From positions 64,136 to 128,135 of the forward strand of contig WARV01000008.1 of NCBI GenBank assembly GCA_013387205.1: DNA of 64,000 nucleotides, written 5' to 3'. The notes beneath the pieces were generated by a model, which saw nothing but the letters and a program-made list of their open reading frames with translations, was not told the origin of the DNA and did not search any database. Positions 1 to 9,288 of this stretch are shown piece after piece. Numbering within the stretch: the first letter of the stretch is position 1; every line of letters begins with the position of its first letter. The position numbers and the translations under genes are program-made. The DNA is from Patescibacteria group bacterium. Its GTDB lineage: Bacteria > Patescibacteriota > Doudnabacteria > UBA920.

Positions 1-175
1 TTAATTTTGTCATTGCGAGGAGCCCGCAGGGCGACGTGGCAATCTATTTTAGAGATCCTTCACCCTCAGATGCATTCGGGTTCAGGATGACGCCTAAAGG
101 CGTTAAGATTGCTTTGCTCCACCTTCGCTAAAGCTACGGCGGACAAGTCAGATGCATTCGCTCGCAATGACGACG
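1..175. repeat. Structured imperfect palindrome, repeat copy A (GTCATTGCGAG ... GTTAAGATTGCTT ... GCTCGCAATGAC); truncated by the window start
   Basis: Arms gtcattgcgag (8-18) and gctcgcaatgac (~160-172) are reverse complements. It shares motifs with copy B at 3345-3545. Confidence 0.5.
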
Positions 176-192
176 AGGATGAAAATTTAAAA

Positions 193-1695
193 ATGGCAAA
201 AAAACAATTTGACCACAAAATTTTGATAATCGGCTACGGGTCGGTTTCACAGTGCACGTTGCCAATTTTGTTAGAAAAATTGGATACGCCTTTGTCTAAC
301 ATTACCATCATGGATTTTGAAGACAAGGCCGCGGCGTTAAAACCATTTACCGACAAAGGCATAAATTTTGTCCGTAACCGCATCACTCCAGAAAATTTGG
401 ACAGCGAACTTTCCAAATATGTGGATGACGGCGGATTGTTAATTGATTTGGCCTGGAACATTGGTGCCAATGATATAATCGGCTGGTGCCACGACCACAA
501 TGTTTTATACGTTAACACCTCTGTGGAAGTTTGGGACTCCATAAAAGGCTTATTCACGGATTCTCCTTTCGAAAAATCACTTTATTTCAGGCAGATGAAA
601 CTGAGAGAAATGTCCAAAGACTGGAAAGATGCCACAACAGCAGTGGTTGACCATGGCGCGAATCCTGGATTAATTTCCCATTTCGTCAAACAGGGTTTAA
701 TTGATATTGCCAACAGAAAGATTTCCGACGGTAAAGCAACCGGCCAGGATAAAGATGAATTAGAGCAATTCATTAAAGACAGGGCGTTTAATAAGTTAGC
801 GCAAAAATTAAAAGTAAAAGTCATCCATTGCAGCGAGCGTGATACGCAAATCACAAACAAGCCGAAAGAGGTTGATGAATTCGTCGGCACCTGGAGTGTA
901 GAAGGCCTTCGTGAAGAAGGAACTGCTCCAGCAGAAATGGGATGGGGTTCTCATGAGAAAGAACTTCCCGCGTTGGCGCATGTGCCGCCGTTCGGTCCCA
1001 AGAACCAAATCTTTTTGGCGCAGATGGGCATGAACACCTGGGTCAGGTCCTGGATTCCGGACGAAGAAATTGTCGGTATGGTCATCCGCCACGGCGAAGC
1101 GTTCGGCCTTTCTGACAGATTGACTGTTTGGGATGGCGAACCTTTTGATGCTACAAAAGGCACATCTGATGAGGATTATAAAGGGAGAAAAGCACTTTAC
1201 CGTCCGACAGTCCACTATGCTTATATGCCTTGCCACGAGACTTTGTCCAGCATCTGCGAATTGCGCGGCAGGAATTATGAAATGCAATCAAAAGTCAGGA
1301 TTTTGGAAGACGAAATAACGTCCGGTGCGGATATCTTAGGTGCATTGCTCATGGGCCACGAATACAATTCCTGGTGGACCGGCAGCAATTTATCAATCGA
1401 GGAAGCCCGCAAGTTGGCTCCCGGCCAGAATGCCACGACTTTGCAGGTAGCCGCAGGGATAATGGGTGCTATTTTGTGGATGATAGAAAACCCGAAGAAA
1501 GGCATTTGCATACCGGATGATTTGCCGCACGATTTTGTACTGGATATTGCCAAACCGTATTTGGGCGAATTTATTTCTACGCCATCTGACTGGACCCCTA
1601 TGAAAAACCGCCAGGTCTTCTTTAAAGAAAATCCGTGCGCTTCAGGCAATCCTGAGGATCCGTGGCAATACGAGAATTTCCAGTTCATCGATTAA
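193..1695 (+). CDS. Homospermidine synthase-like / saccharopine-dehydrogenase-family NAD-binding protein
   Basis: The N-terminus KILIIGYGSVSQCTLPILLEKL resembles the Rossmann GFGSIG.GTLP motif of bacterial homospermidine synthases. Length is about 500 aa. The ORF-track start at 109 lies inside the upstream repeat, so the ATG at 193 is preferred. Confidence 0.55.
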   Translation: MAKKQFDHKILIIGYGSVSQCTLPILLEKLDTPLSNITIMDFEDKAAALKPFTDKGINFVRNRITPENLDSELSKYVDDGGLLIDLAWNIGANDIIGWCHDHNVLYVNTSVEVWDSIKGLFTDSPFEKSLYFRQMKLREMSKDWKDATTAVVDHGANPGLISHFVKQGLIDIANRKISDGKATGQDKDELEQFIKDRAFNKLAQKLKVKVIHCSERDTQITNKPKEVDEFVGTWSVEGLREEGTAPAEMGWGSHEKELPALAHVPPFGPKNQIFLAQMGMNTWVRSWIPDEEIVGMVIRHGEAFGLSDRLTVWDGEPFDATKGTSDEDYKGRKALYRPTVHYAYMPCHETLSSICELRGRNYEMQSKVRILEDEITSGADILGALLMGHEYNSWWTGSNLSIEEARKLAPGQNATTLQVAAGIMGAILWMIENPKKGICIPDDLPHDFVLDIAKPYLGEFISTPSDWTPMKNRQVFFKENPCASGNPEDPWQYENFQFID

Positions 1696-1744
1696 AAATA
1701 AAGCGACGAGAGAGCTTTAAGCGGCTCTCTCGTCGTGTATGTAA

Positions 1745-2077
1745 TTACTGGTTTATCAGCATAATCCCGATTAAGGCCAGGGCGGTTCCCGCAATGTGAA
1801 CGGGCTGAATCGTATCGCCGAAATACAGCCAACCGATAAGCATAACGCAAATGGTATAAGAAACCATCTGCATTATGCATAACCTGCCCAATTCCCATCG
1901 CTCCCTGAACATGTAAACGAACAAAATCATTTGGATGGTGTAAAGCACGATAGACGGCGGAATAAGCCAGTGGCTCAATCCGTGCCGCAATGAAGCGGAA
2001 TCGTTCGCGGCCTTTTTTAAAAAGGCATCAGCCACCGCTACGGAAATGCCCATTATTACCAGTATTAGAACTTTCAT
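1745..2077 (-). CDS. SMR/DMT-family small membrane transporter with 4 TM helices
   Basis: 110 aa with four hydrophobic helices. It sits between the two polyamine enzymes. MdtJI-type SMR proteins export spermidine (an inference). Confidence 0.55.
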   Translation of the reverse strand: MKVLILVIMGISVAVADAFLKKAANDSASLRHGLSHWLIPPSIVLYTIQMILFVYMFRERWELGRLCIMQMVSYTICVMLIGWLYFGDTIQPVHIAGTALALIGIMLINQ

Positions 2078-2134
2078 TTAGTTCCCCCTTGACCAAATAA
2101 TTTATCATTATTTTTATTTATAGTCAAGCCTAAG

Positions 2135-3340
2135 ATGACCAACCAACAAAAAGAATTTTTGCAAAAGATGGCCAAAGAGCATGGAACTCCCTTGTTCGTT
2201 ATTGACCACGAAATAATAAGAAATAATTTTAAAGAGTTCAGGGAAAAACTTCCTGATGTCCAGCCGTATTTCGCGGTAAAGGCTAACTCTAATCCGGAAA
2301 TAATCAAGACCATGTTCAACATGGGATCCAGCTTTGACGTGGCATCGATTTACGAATTCAAGCTGGTCCATAAGCATATTGAAGGCTGGCCGGATAAGGA
2401 AAGGCAAGATTTCATTTGGGACAAGGTTATTTACGCCAACACCATTAAACCGGCCAAGGTTTTGGCCAAGCTGAACCAGTATAAAATTTTAGTCACGTTT
2501 GATAATCTTGAAGAATTAAAAAAGATTAAACAGCACGCGCCTGACGTGGGATTAATTTTGCGCATTCGGGTGCCAAACACGGGCTCCATGGTAGAATTAT
2601 CATCTAAATTTGGCGCGCATCCTTCGGAAGCGGCGGATTTGATTTCCGAGGCAGCGAATATGGGCCTTGGCGTGGAAGGGATTAGTTTCCACGTAGGCAG
2701 CCAGTGCAATAATTTTGACAATTACGTGCAAGCGTTGAATTTGTCACATAACATTTTTAAAGAAGCTGAGCTGCGTGGTATTGAAATAGGTTTTACCGAC
2801 AAAGAAGGCAAAAAGAAAAAAGTTTTGGACATTGGCGGCGGTTTTCCAGTTAAGTATTCGCCGGACGTGAAATCTTTTGCCATGCTGGCCAAAAAACTGA
2901 ATTCGGAAATTAAAAGGCTGTTCGGCAAAGACAATATCCAGGTTATTGCCGAACCTGGCAGGTTTATGGTGGCCACTGCTTGTACATTGGTTACAAAAAT
3001 AATAGGCAAAGCAGTGCGCGACGGCAAGACTTGTTATTACTTGGACGACGGAGTTTACCACACTTTTTCCGGCCAGGTTTACGACCATCAACTGTATCCT
3101 TTGCATGCTTTTAAGGACGGAGAATTAAAGGTTTGCGCGACTTTCGGTCCGACTTGCGATGCTTTTGATACCATTTCTCTGGCCGATGAATTGCCCGAAG
3201 ATTTGCAGATTGATGATTTGCTTTACGCAGAGAATATTGGCGCTTATACATTGGCTTCGGCAACGGATTTTAACGGTTTTCCGGAAGCCAGAGTGCTGAA
3301 CATTAACGTAGAAGTAAAAGAAAAGCAGCCGGTAAAATAA
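2135..3340 (+). CDS. PLP-dependent ornithine/lysine decarboxylase (Orn/DAP/Arg decarboxylase family 2, alanine-racemase fold)
   Basis: Carries the PYFAVKANSNPEII motif (PLP-lysine region of ODC-type enzymes); length is 401 aa. Confidence 0.7.
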   Translation: MTNQQKEFLQKMAKEHGTPLFVIDHEIIRNNFKEFREKLPDVQPYFAVKANSNPEIIKTMFNMGSSFDVASIYEFKLVHKHIEGWPDKERQDFIWDKVIYANTIKPAKVLAKLNQYKILVTFDNLEELKKIKQHAPDVGLILRIRVPNTGSMVELSSKFGAHPSEAADLISEAANMGLGVEGISFHVGSQCNNFDNYVQALNLSHNIFKEAELRGIEIGFTDKEGKKKKVLDIGGGFPVKYSPDVKSFAMLAKKLNSEIKRLFGKDNIQVIAEPGRFMVATACTLVTKIIGKAVRDGKTCYYLDDGVYHTFSGQVYDHQLYPLHAFKDGELKVCATFGPTCDAFDTISLADELPEDLQIDDLLYAENIGAYTLASATDFNGFPEARVLNINVEVKEKQPVK

Positions 3341-3344
3341 CAAT

Positions 3345-3545
3345 TGAATCTACGAATTGGACGAACCTACCCCAACGGGGCCCCTTCGGGGCGAATCCCT
3401 ACGAAGCTGCGAATTGTATCAATGTCATTGCGAGCGAATGCCTCAAAGAGGTCCCTTTGGGGCATCTGAGCGAAGCAGTCCACCCTAAGGTTAAGATTGC
3501 TTCGTCTGTTGGATGCGCTCCAGGCTCGCAATGACAGAAAGCAAC
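3345..3545. repeat. Structured palindromic repeat, copy B, of the same family as 1-175
   Basis: gtcattgcgagcgaatgc ... ggttaagattgcttcg ... gctcgcaatgac. The long stem has a loop of about 90 nt. Confidence 0.5.
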
Positions 3546-3648
3546 CTTCAAAAAACGGCTAAATATTAGGTTTTAGCCGTTTATGATGCAGGATTGACAT
3601 AAGTCTTGGCTTAGTTTATAGTCATAAATAGGCATTAAATAAAAATAT

Positions 3649-3885
3649 ATGCAAGACGTAAATTTCCAACCAGTTTTTGATTACATAGATCAAACAAAAC
3701 AAGAATTGTTTGATAAATTAGCAAGTAAAGAAGATTTGAATATGCTCAAAAACTCTGTCGATGCCTATGCTAAACAATCAAAAGACATGTATCAGGAAGT
3801 AACTGTTTTGGTAGCCAAAGTCAGCAGAATGGAAAATTGGATTAAACAGGCATCCACAAAGTTAGGGATTGAATATCAAGTTTAA
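3649..3885 (+). CDS. Hypothetical small coiled-coil protein
   Basis: 78-aa ORF with coding-like composition; no family recognised. Confidence 0.35.
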   Translation: MQDVNFQPVFDYIDQTKQELFDKLASKEDLNMLKNSVDAYAKQSKDMYQEVTVLVAKVSRMENWIKQASTKLGIEYQV

Positions 3886-3920
3886 TTAATCATTAAAATA
3901 TCAGTCAAAGAAAGTTAATT

Positions 3921-4247
3921 ATGGCAAACGATTACTTAAAGAAAGAACCGTCAAAAACAGAAAAGTTGATTTACGAGCTGTATATGCAGCAACAGCAAAT
4001 GGACCGCGCATTATACACCAATTCCGCATTGCTTATGGCTTTGGCTATAGAAACGAAAATTTCACCGGAAGCACTGGCAGAGTTTTTGGTAAATGGCAAT
4101 GAGAAGATAAAAGAATACAGCGGAAAAGTCAACAAGAAAATTGAAGAACTGGAAAAGGAGCAACAGAAACAGCACCCTCATGGACATGACCATAGCCATG
4201 AAGGCCATGACCACAATCACGAAGCTCCAAAGGAAGAAGCTAAATAA
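3921..4247 (+). CDS. Hypothetical protein with a His-rich C-terminal tail (HPHGHDHSHEGHDHNHE)
   Basis: 108-aa ORF followed by a strong terminator. Confidence 0.45.
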   Translation: MANDYLKKEPSKTEKLIYELYMQQQQMDRALYTNSALLMALAIETKISPEALAEFLVNGNEKIKEYSGKVNKKIEELEKEQQKQHPHGHDHSHEGHDHNHEAPKEEAK

Positions 4248-4266
4248 ATCTTTAATTATGTTTTAT

Positions 4267-4303
4267 CAAGGGGCATCCTTGCTTTCAGGCAAGGATGCCC
4301 CTT
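4267..4303 (+). terminator. Rho-independent terminator
   Basis: aaggggcatccttgc-tttcag-gcaaggatgcccctt followed by gtatttgg. Confidence 0.6.
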
Positions 4304-4328
4304 GTATTTGGTAAATTTATGGTATAAT
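4303..4328 (+). promoter_or_regulatory. Candidate promoter: TTGTAT, 14-nt spacer, extended -10 TGGTATAAT
   Basis: tggtataat at 4320-4328, upstream of the DUF1653 gene. Confidence 0.3.
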
Positions 4329-4338
4329 TAAAGTAATT

Positions 4339-4569
4339 ATGGAAATCAAAAAAGGGTTATATAAACATTTTAAAGGGAATAATTACAAAGTAATCGGCGT
4401 TGCCAAGCATTCAGAGACTTTGGAAGATTGTGTTGTTTATGAGGCTCAATATGGCGAGCGGGGCTTGTGGGTCAGGCCGGCTAAGATGTTTTTGGAAAAC
4501 GTGGAAGTTGACGGCAAAATGGTTCCTAGGTTTGATTTTTTGTCTGAAGATGAAACTAAAATTACGTAA
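4339..4569 (+). CDS. DUF1653-family protein
   Basis: YKHFKGNNYKV ... ETLEDCVVYEAQYG ... WVRP ... MF matches the DUF1653 pattern. Confidence 0.55.
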   Translation: MEIKKGLYKHFKGNNYKVIGVAKHSETLEDCVVYEAQYGERGLWVRPAKMFLENVEVDGKMVPRFDFLSEDETKIT

Positions 4570-4623
4570 AAGACCACGTAATCAATTATATTTATATATA
4601 GCCAAACATTAAAAAATAAAACT

Positions 4624-5550
4624 ATGTCTAAAATAATAATTACTTCAGGTAAGAATTATGTTGATATAGACGCTTTAGCCTCGGCTTTAGCATTAAGGGA
4701 TTTATTAATTTTGGAAGGAGAAGACGCAGAAGCGGTTTTGGCCGGTCCTTTAAACCACAGCGTGAGCCCGGAAATAAAAAGTTGGGGATTGAATTACTCA
4801 ACTGAATTAAAATATTTGGATGTAGATTTTATATTAGTCGATGTTTCCGAGGCGAGCCATTTTCCGATGTTTTTAAATCAAAACAGGATTATTAAGATAT
4901 ATGACCACCACTTTAACTTTGCGGATTTTTGGAAAAAGAGCATCGGGAATAAAGCTGTCATAGAGCCGGTAGGGTCTTGCGCAACGTTAATCTGGGAGGA
5001 ATACGTAAAACAGGGAAAAGAAAAACAGATCAGTGCCATTAATTCTAACCTTTTGGCTACGGCAATCGTCTCAAATACTTTAAATTTCAATGCCAGTGTA
5101 ACTACCGACAGGGACAAGGCAGCTTTTGCAGGGCTCCAAAGCAGCATGAGTCTTGGCGGCGATTGGGTTAGGCGCTATTTTGACCAACAGGAGGACCAGG
5201 TTATTGATGACCCTTACCAATCTATTGTTAGGGATACGAAAGTACAAGATATATCCAACTTAGGGTTTGTTGTTGTTATAGGGCAAATTGAATTATGGGA
5301 CGGCAGTCAATTTACAAAAAACCATCAAAGCGTAATTAAAGACGCTTTAACCAGCTTTAACCAGGAACACTGGTTCTTTAGCTGCCCTAGTATCAGCGAA
5401 GGAAAGAATTACATTTACGCCGAAAGCGATAAAATTAAAGAAATGCTGAAAAGGATAATCGGTGCGAAATTCGAATCAAATTTAGGTGAAACTCCTAAGC
5501 TATGGCTCAGGAAAGAAATTTTTAACAAGCTTTACCAGTTAAAGGATTAA
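4624..5550 (+). CDS. DHH-family phosphoesterase (NrnA-like)
   Basis: DIDALASALAL motif I and the DHH motif (IYDHHFN). Confidence 0.6.
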   Translation: MSKIIITSGKNYVDIDALASALALRDLLILEGEDAEAVLAGPLNHSVSPEIKSWGLNYSTELKYLDVDFILVDVSEASHFPMFLNQNRIIKIYDHHFNFADFWKKSIGNKAVIEPVGSCATLIWEEYVKQGKEKQISAINSNLLATAIVSNTLNFNASVTTDRDKAAFAGLQSSMSLGGDWVRRYFDQQEDQVIDDPYQSIVRDTKVQDISNLGFVVVIGQIELWDGSQFTKNHQSVIKDALTSFNQEHWFFSCPSISEGKNYIYAESDKIKEMLKRIIGAKFESNLGETPKLWLRKEIFNKLYQLKD

Positions 5551-5553
5551 ATC

Positions 5554-6021
5554 ATGGAATTCAATAAAGAGTTTAGACCGAAAGTAGGGTTTGGGGTATA
5601 TATAATCAATGATAAAAATCAGATACTGTTAATGCATAGAATTGGATCGCATTCATCAAACACCTGGTGTCCTCCAGGAGGGCATTTGGAATTTAAAGAA
5701 AGTTTTTTAGATGGCGCTAAAAGAGAAACCAAAGAAGAATCAGGATTAGATATTGAGGATATTGAATTAGTTGGGGTAACAAATGATATTTACGAAACCG
5801 AAAACAAACATTATGTTACTTTGGCATTAAAAGCAAAGGCATATAAAGGTGAACCGAAAATTATAGAGCCGGATAAGTGTGATGAGGTTGCCTGGTTCGA
5901 TTTAGATAAGATGCCAAGTAATTTAATGCTGACTAATAAGAATTTTTTTAACAGCAATCCGGAATGCCTCTGCGGCAGCGGTAAGAAATATTTTGATTGC
6001 CATAAAAAACTTGGAAGCTAA
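5554..6021 (+). CDS. NUDIX hydrolase with a C-terminal SEC-C metal-binding motif
   Basis: Nudix box GGHLEFKESFLDGAKRETKEESG; C-terminus CLCGSGKKYFDCH. Confidence 0.7.
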   Translation: MEFNKEFRPKVGFGVYIINDKNQILLMHRIGSHSSNTWCPPGGHLEFKESFLDGAKRETKEESGLDIEDIELVGVTNDIYETENKHYVTLALKAKAYKGEPKIIEPDKCDEVAWFDLDKMPSNLMLTNKNFFNSNPECLCGSGKKYFDCHKKLGS

Positions 6022-6034
6022 TGCCTAATTCATC

Positions 6035-6607
6035 ATGGGAAAGAAATTAACTAAGCAGCAAAAACAGCTGGAACTGGGCAAAATAGCCAAAGAAATTGAA
6101 AAATGCAAAATTTGCAAAATCGATAAGGTTGGCATGGCGGTTCCAGGAGAAGGAAATCCGGATGCGGATATAATGTTTATCGGTGAAGCTCCGGGAAAAA
6201 AAGAAGCGGCCACAGGCCGTCCTTTTATTGGTAGGGCAGGGAAGCTGCTCAGGTCGCTTATTAATGAGGCGGGTTTAAAGGAAGAAGATGTTTTTATAAC
6301 CAGTCCCGTCAAATATTTGCCAATTTATATTACCCCTAAGCCGTCAGATATCGAGCATGGCAGGACGCATTTAAACGAACAGATTGCAATTATTGAACCA
6401 AAAATTATCGTATTGCTTGGCAATACTGCCTGCTTGGCGGTTTTAAAAGAAAAATGCTTTATAGCCAAAGACCATGGCAAGATAATTGAAAAAGGCGGGC
6501 GCAAATATTTAATCGCTTACCATCCGGCTGCGCCTCTGTATTCGCCAAAATTGCGCGATGAGATAAAGAAAGATTTTGAAAAACTTAAAAAGATCATTAA
6601 GGAATAG
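6035..6607 (+). CDS. Uracil-DNA glycosylase, family 4
   Basis: GEAPG motif (FIGEAPGKKE) and RPFIGRAGKLL. Confidence 0.8.
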   Translation: MGKKLTKQQKQLELGKIAKEIEKCKICKIDKVGMAVPGEGNPDADIMFIGEAPGKKEAATGRPFIGRAGKLLRSLINEAGLKEEDVFITSPVKYLPIYITPKPSDIEHGRTHLNEQIAIIEPKIIVLLGNTACLAVLKEKCFIAKDHGKIIEKGGRKYLIAYHPAAPLYSPKLRDEIKKDFEKLKKIIKE

Positions 6608-9166
6608 ATGAAAATGAAGAAGAAAAACCACGTCAAATTACCAATTCATGTCAGACCAGAACGGTATGAGATAATGCTCAAGCCGGATTTGGAGAATTTT
6701 TTGTTTGAAGGAGAAGAAACGATCTTTTTAACATTGGATAAATCAGTAAATGAAATTACTCTCCACTCCAAAGAATTGGAAATAGAATCGGCAGTATTTA
6801 GAGTTAAGAGTAAAGGGATAAGAGTTAAGAATATCAAATACGACGAAAAGGCGGAGACGATTATTTTTTCTTTTGCAGATAAACTGCCCAAAGGGGCAGG
6901 GGAATTGAAATTAAAATTCAAAGGCATTTTAAATGACAAAATGCGCGGATTTTACCGGAGCAAATACCACCATAAAGGCAAGGAAAGACACATGGCTACT
7001 ACGCAGTTTGAAGCGACTGATGCCAGGCGCGCCTTTCCTTGTTTTGACGAACCAGCGCAAAAAGCGATTTTCGACGTAACTTTAATGATTCCAAGCTTCA
7101 CAACCGCAATATCCAACACGATTGAAACTGAAGTCGTAGAACATACCAATGGGCTAAAGTCGGTTAAGTTCGCTTCGACCCCGAAAATGTCAACTTACCT
7201 TTTGGCCTTCATTGTCGGGGAATTCGAATGGATAGAAAGCAAAACCAAAGACGGGGTTGTGGTCAGGGTTTTTACAACACCGGGGAAAAAGCATCAGGCG
7301 AAATTCGCGCTTGGATGCGCGGTAAAATCACTGGAGTTTTACAATAATTATTTTGGCATTCCGTATCCGTTGCCGGTAATGGATTTAATTGCTATCCCGG
7401 ATTTTGAATCCGCGGCAATGGAAAACTGGGGAGCTGTTACTTACCGCGAATCCGCCCTGCTTGTTGATGAAGAACGTTCTTCAACCGCTAATAAAGAATG
7501 GGTGGCGATTGTCGTAGCTCATGAGCTGGCTCACCAGTGGTTCGGTAATTTAGTGACAATGGATTGGTGGACAGATTTGTGGCTGAACGAAGGCTTTGCG
7601 TCATACATGGAATATCTGGCAGTTGACCATATGTTTCCGAAATGGAACATGTGGACGCAGTATGTCGGCGGAAGATTCGCCAGGGCCTTGGATTTGGATT
7701 CGTTGGAACACACGCATCCAATTGAAATTGAGGTGCATCATCCGGACGAAATTGGAGAAATTTTTGATGAAGTCAGCTATGCCAAAGGCTCGGCCGTCAT
7801 CCGCATGCTGGCAGAATATTTAGGCGCGGAAACTTTCCGGAGAGGACTGGGTCATTACCTGAAAAAACACCAGTTCGGCAATGCAATAACATCTGATTTA
7901 TGGAAATCTTTTGAAGAAGTTTCCGGCAAGCCAGTAGGAAAAATAATGCAAAATTGGACGAGCAGGGCCGGTTATCCTTTGGTTAGCGTAGCTGACGGAG
8001 GAAAAATTTTGAACTTGAGCCAAAAAAGATTTTACAGCAGCCCGCTTTCGCTAAAAACTTCCAAAGACAATACTGTGTGGCAAATTCCTGTCAGCCTTTC
8101 ATCAGATAAAGACATGAATCAGGATAAAATAATTTTGGCATCAAAATCGCAGGCGATTAAATTGCCGGAAAATTTGAAATGGATAAAATTTAATGCCGGA
8201 CAAACCGGATTTTTCAGGACAAAATATCCTGAAAACCTGCTTGAAGGATTGTCGCAGCCAATAAAGGCAAAAAAACTTCCTGCTGCTGACCGATTGGGAA
8301 TTTTAAGCGATGCTTTTGCGTTAGTCGAAGCCGGGCAAATGCCGACTGTCGCGCTTTTGGAACTTTTAAAAAGTTATGAAGATGAAAATGATTATACGGT
8401 ATGGACAGAAATTATTTCTTGTCTAAGGACGCTGGACTCTTTGCTGTTTGAGACGGATGCCAGGAAGAAATTCAATGAATTCAGCCGCAAGATGCTTAAA
8501 AAAATAGCCGAACGCGTGGGGTGGGTTGCTAAAAAGCACGAAGACCATACGACTACGTTATTGCGCAGCCTGGTCTTGGTCAATTTAGGACACTTTGGCG
8601 ACAAGGATATAAAAACCAAATCTCTTAAAATGTTTTGGGGCAAAAAAAACATACCTGCGGATTTGCGCGGAATCGTCTATAGGATGGTGGCGGAAAACGG
8701 TTCCAATAAAGAATTTTTAGAGATGAAAAAAAGGTACGAGGCCGAACCTATGCATGAAGAGCAGGACAGGCTAGGCAGGAACATGGCATTTTTTGCTGAT
8801 GAAAAAATCCTGGCTAAGGTCTTTGATTTCGCCATGTCCGGCAAAGTCAGGATCCAGGATACGCCGTTTATAATAGGTTCGGGATTCTTTAATCCTGCCG
8901 GCAGGAACGCTGTGCTATCTTACGTTAAAAAGAATTGGAAAAATCTTGCTGATAAATTCGGCAGCGGCCACTTAATAGTAAGGTTTATCCACCCGATGGA
9001 TAGTTTTGTTTCAAAAGAGAAAGCGGATGAAATTGAACAATTCTTTAAAAAGTACCCGACTCCTTCGGCTAACAGGACCATAAAGCAGGTTTTGGAAAAA
9101 ATTATTTCCAACGACGCCTGGCTTAAGAGAGATTTAGATAGTATTAATGAATGGTTAAAAAAATAA
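6608..9166 (+). CDS. pepN: Aminopeptidase N (M1 family zinc metallopeptidase)
   Basis: GAMEN motif, then HELAHQWFGN ... 18 residues ... E (HEXXH-E); 852 aa. Confidence 0.85.
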   Translation: MKMKKKNHVKLPIHVRPERYEIMLKPDLENFLFEGEETIFLTLDKSVNEITLHSKELEIESAVFRVKSKGIRVKNIKYDEKAETIIFSFADKLPKGAGELKLKFKGILNDKMRGFYRSKYHHKGKERHMATTQFEATDARRAFPCFDEPAQKAIFDVTLMIPSFTTAISNTIETEVVEHTNGLKSVKFASTPKMSTYLLAFIVGEFEWIESKTKDGVVVRVFTTPGKKHQAKFALGCAVKSLEFYNNYFGIPYPLPVMDLIAIPDFESAAMENWGAVTYRESALLVDEERSSTANKEWVAIVVAHELAHQWFGNLVTMDWWTDLWLNEGFASYMEYLAVDHMFPKWNMWTQYVGGRFARALDLDSLEHTHPIEIEVHHPDEIGEIFDEVSYAKGSAVIRMLAEYLGAETFRRGLGHYLKKHQFGNAITSDLWKSFEEVSGKPVGKIMQNWTSRAGYPLVSVADGGKILNLSQKRFYSSPLSLKTSKDNTVWQIPVSLSSDKDMNQDKIILASKSQAIKLPENLKWIKFNAGQTGFFRTKYPENLLEGLSQPIKAKKLPAADRLGILSDAFALVEAGQMPTVALLELLKSYEDENDYTVWTEIISCLRTLDSLLFETDARKKFNEFSRKMLKKIAERVGWVAKKHEDHTTTLLRSLVLVNLGHFGDKDIKTKSLKMFWGKKNIPADLRGIVYRMVAENGSNKEFLEMKKRYEAEPMHEEQDRLGRNMAFFADEKILAKVFDFAMSGKVRIQDTPFIIGSGFFNPAGRNAVLSYVKKNWKNLADKFGSGHLIVRFIHPMDSFVSKEKADEIEQFFKKYPTPSANRTIKQVLEKIISNDAWLKRDLDSINEWLKK

Positions 9167-9288
9167 CTAATCATATAACCAATCTACAAATCCATACTAA
9201 TAATAACTAATGACAACTAATACTACCTTAGTACGCATTAGTTGTCATTGGTAATATTCGTTACATTAGTTGATTGGTTAATCAATGA

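Noticed and set aside
109-192. N-terminal extension of the first ORF (MLCSTFAKATADKSDAFARNDDEDENLK)
   Set aside because: It lies inside the palindromic repeat copy A. An internal ATG at 193 gives a normal Rossmann N-terminus.
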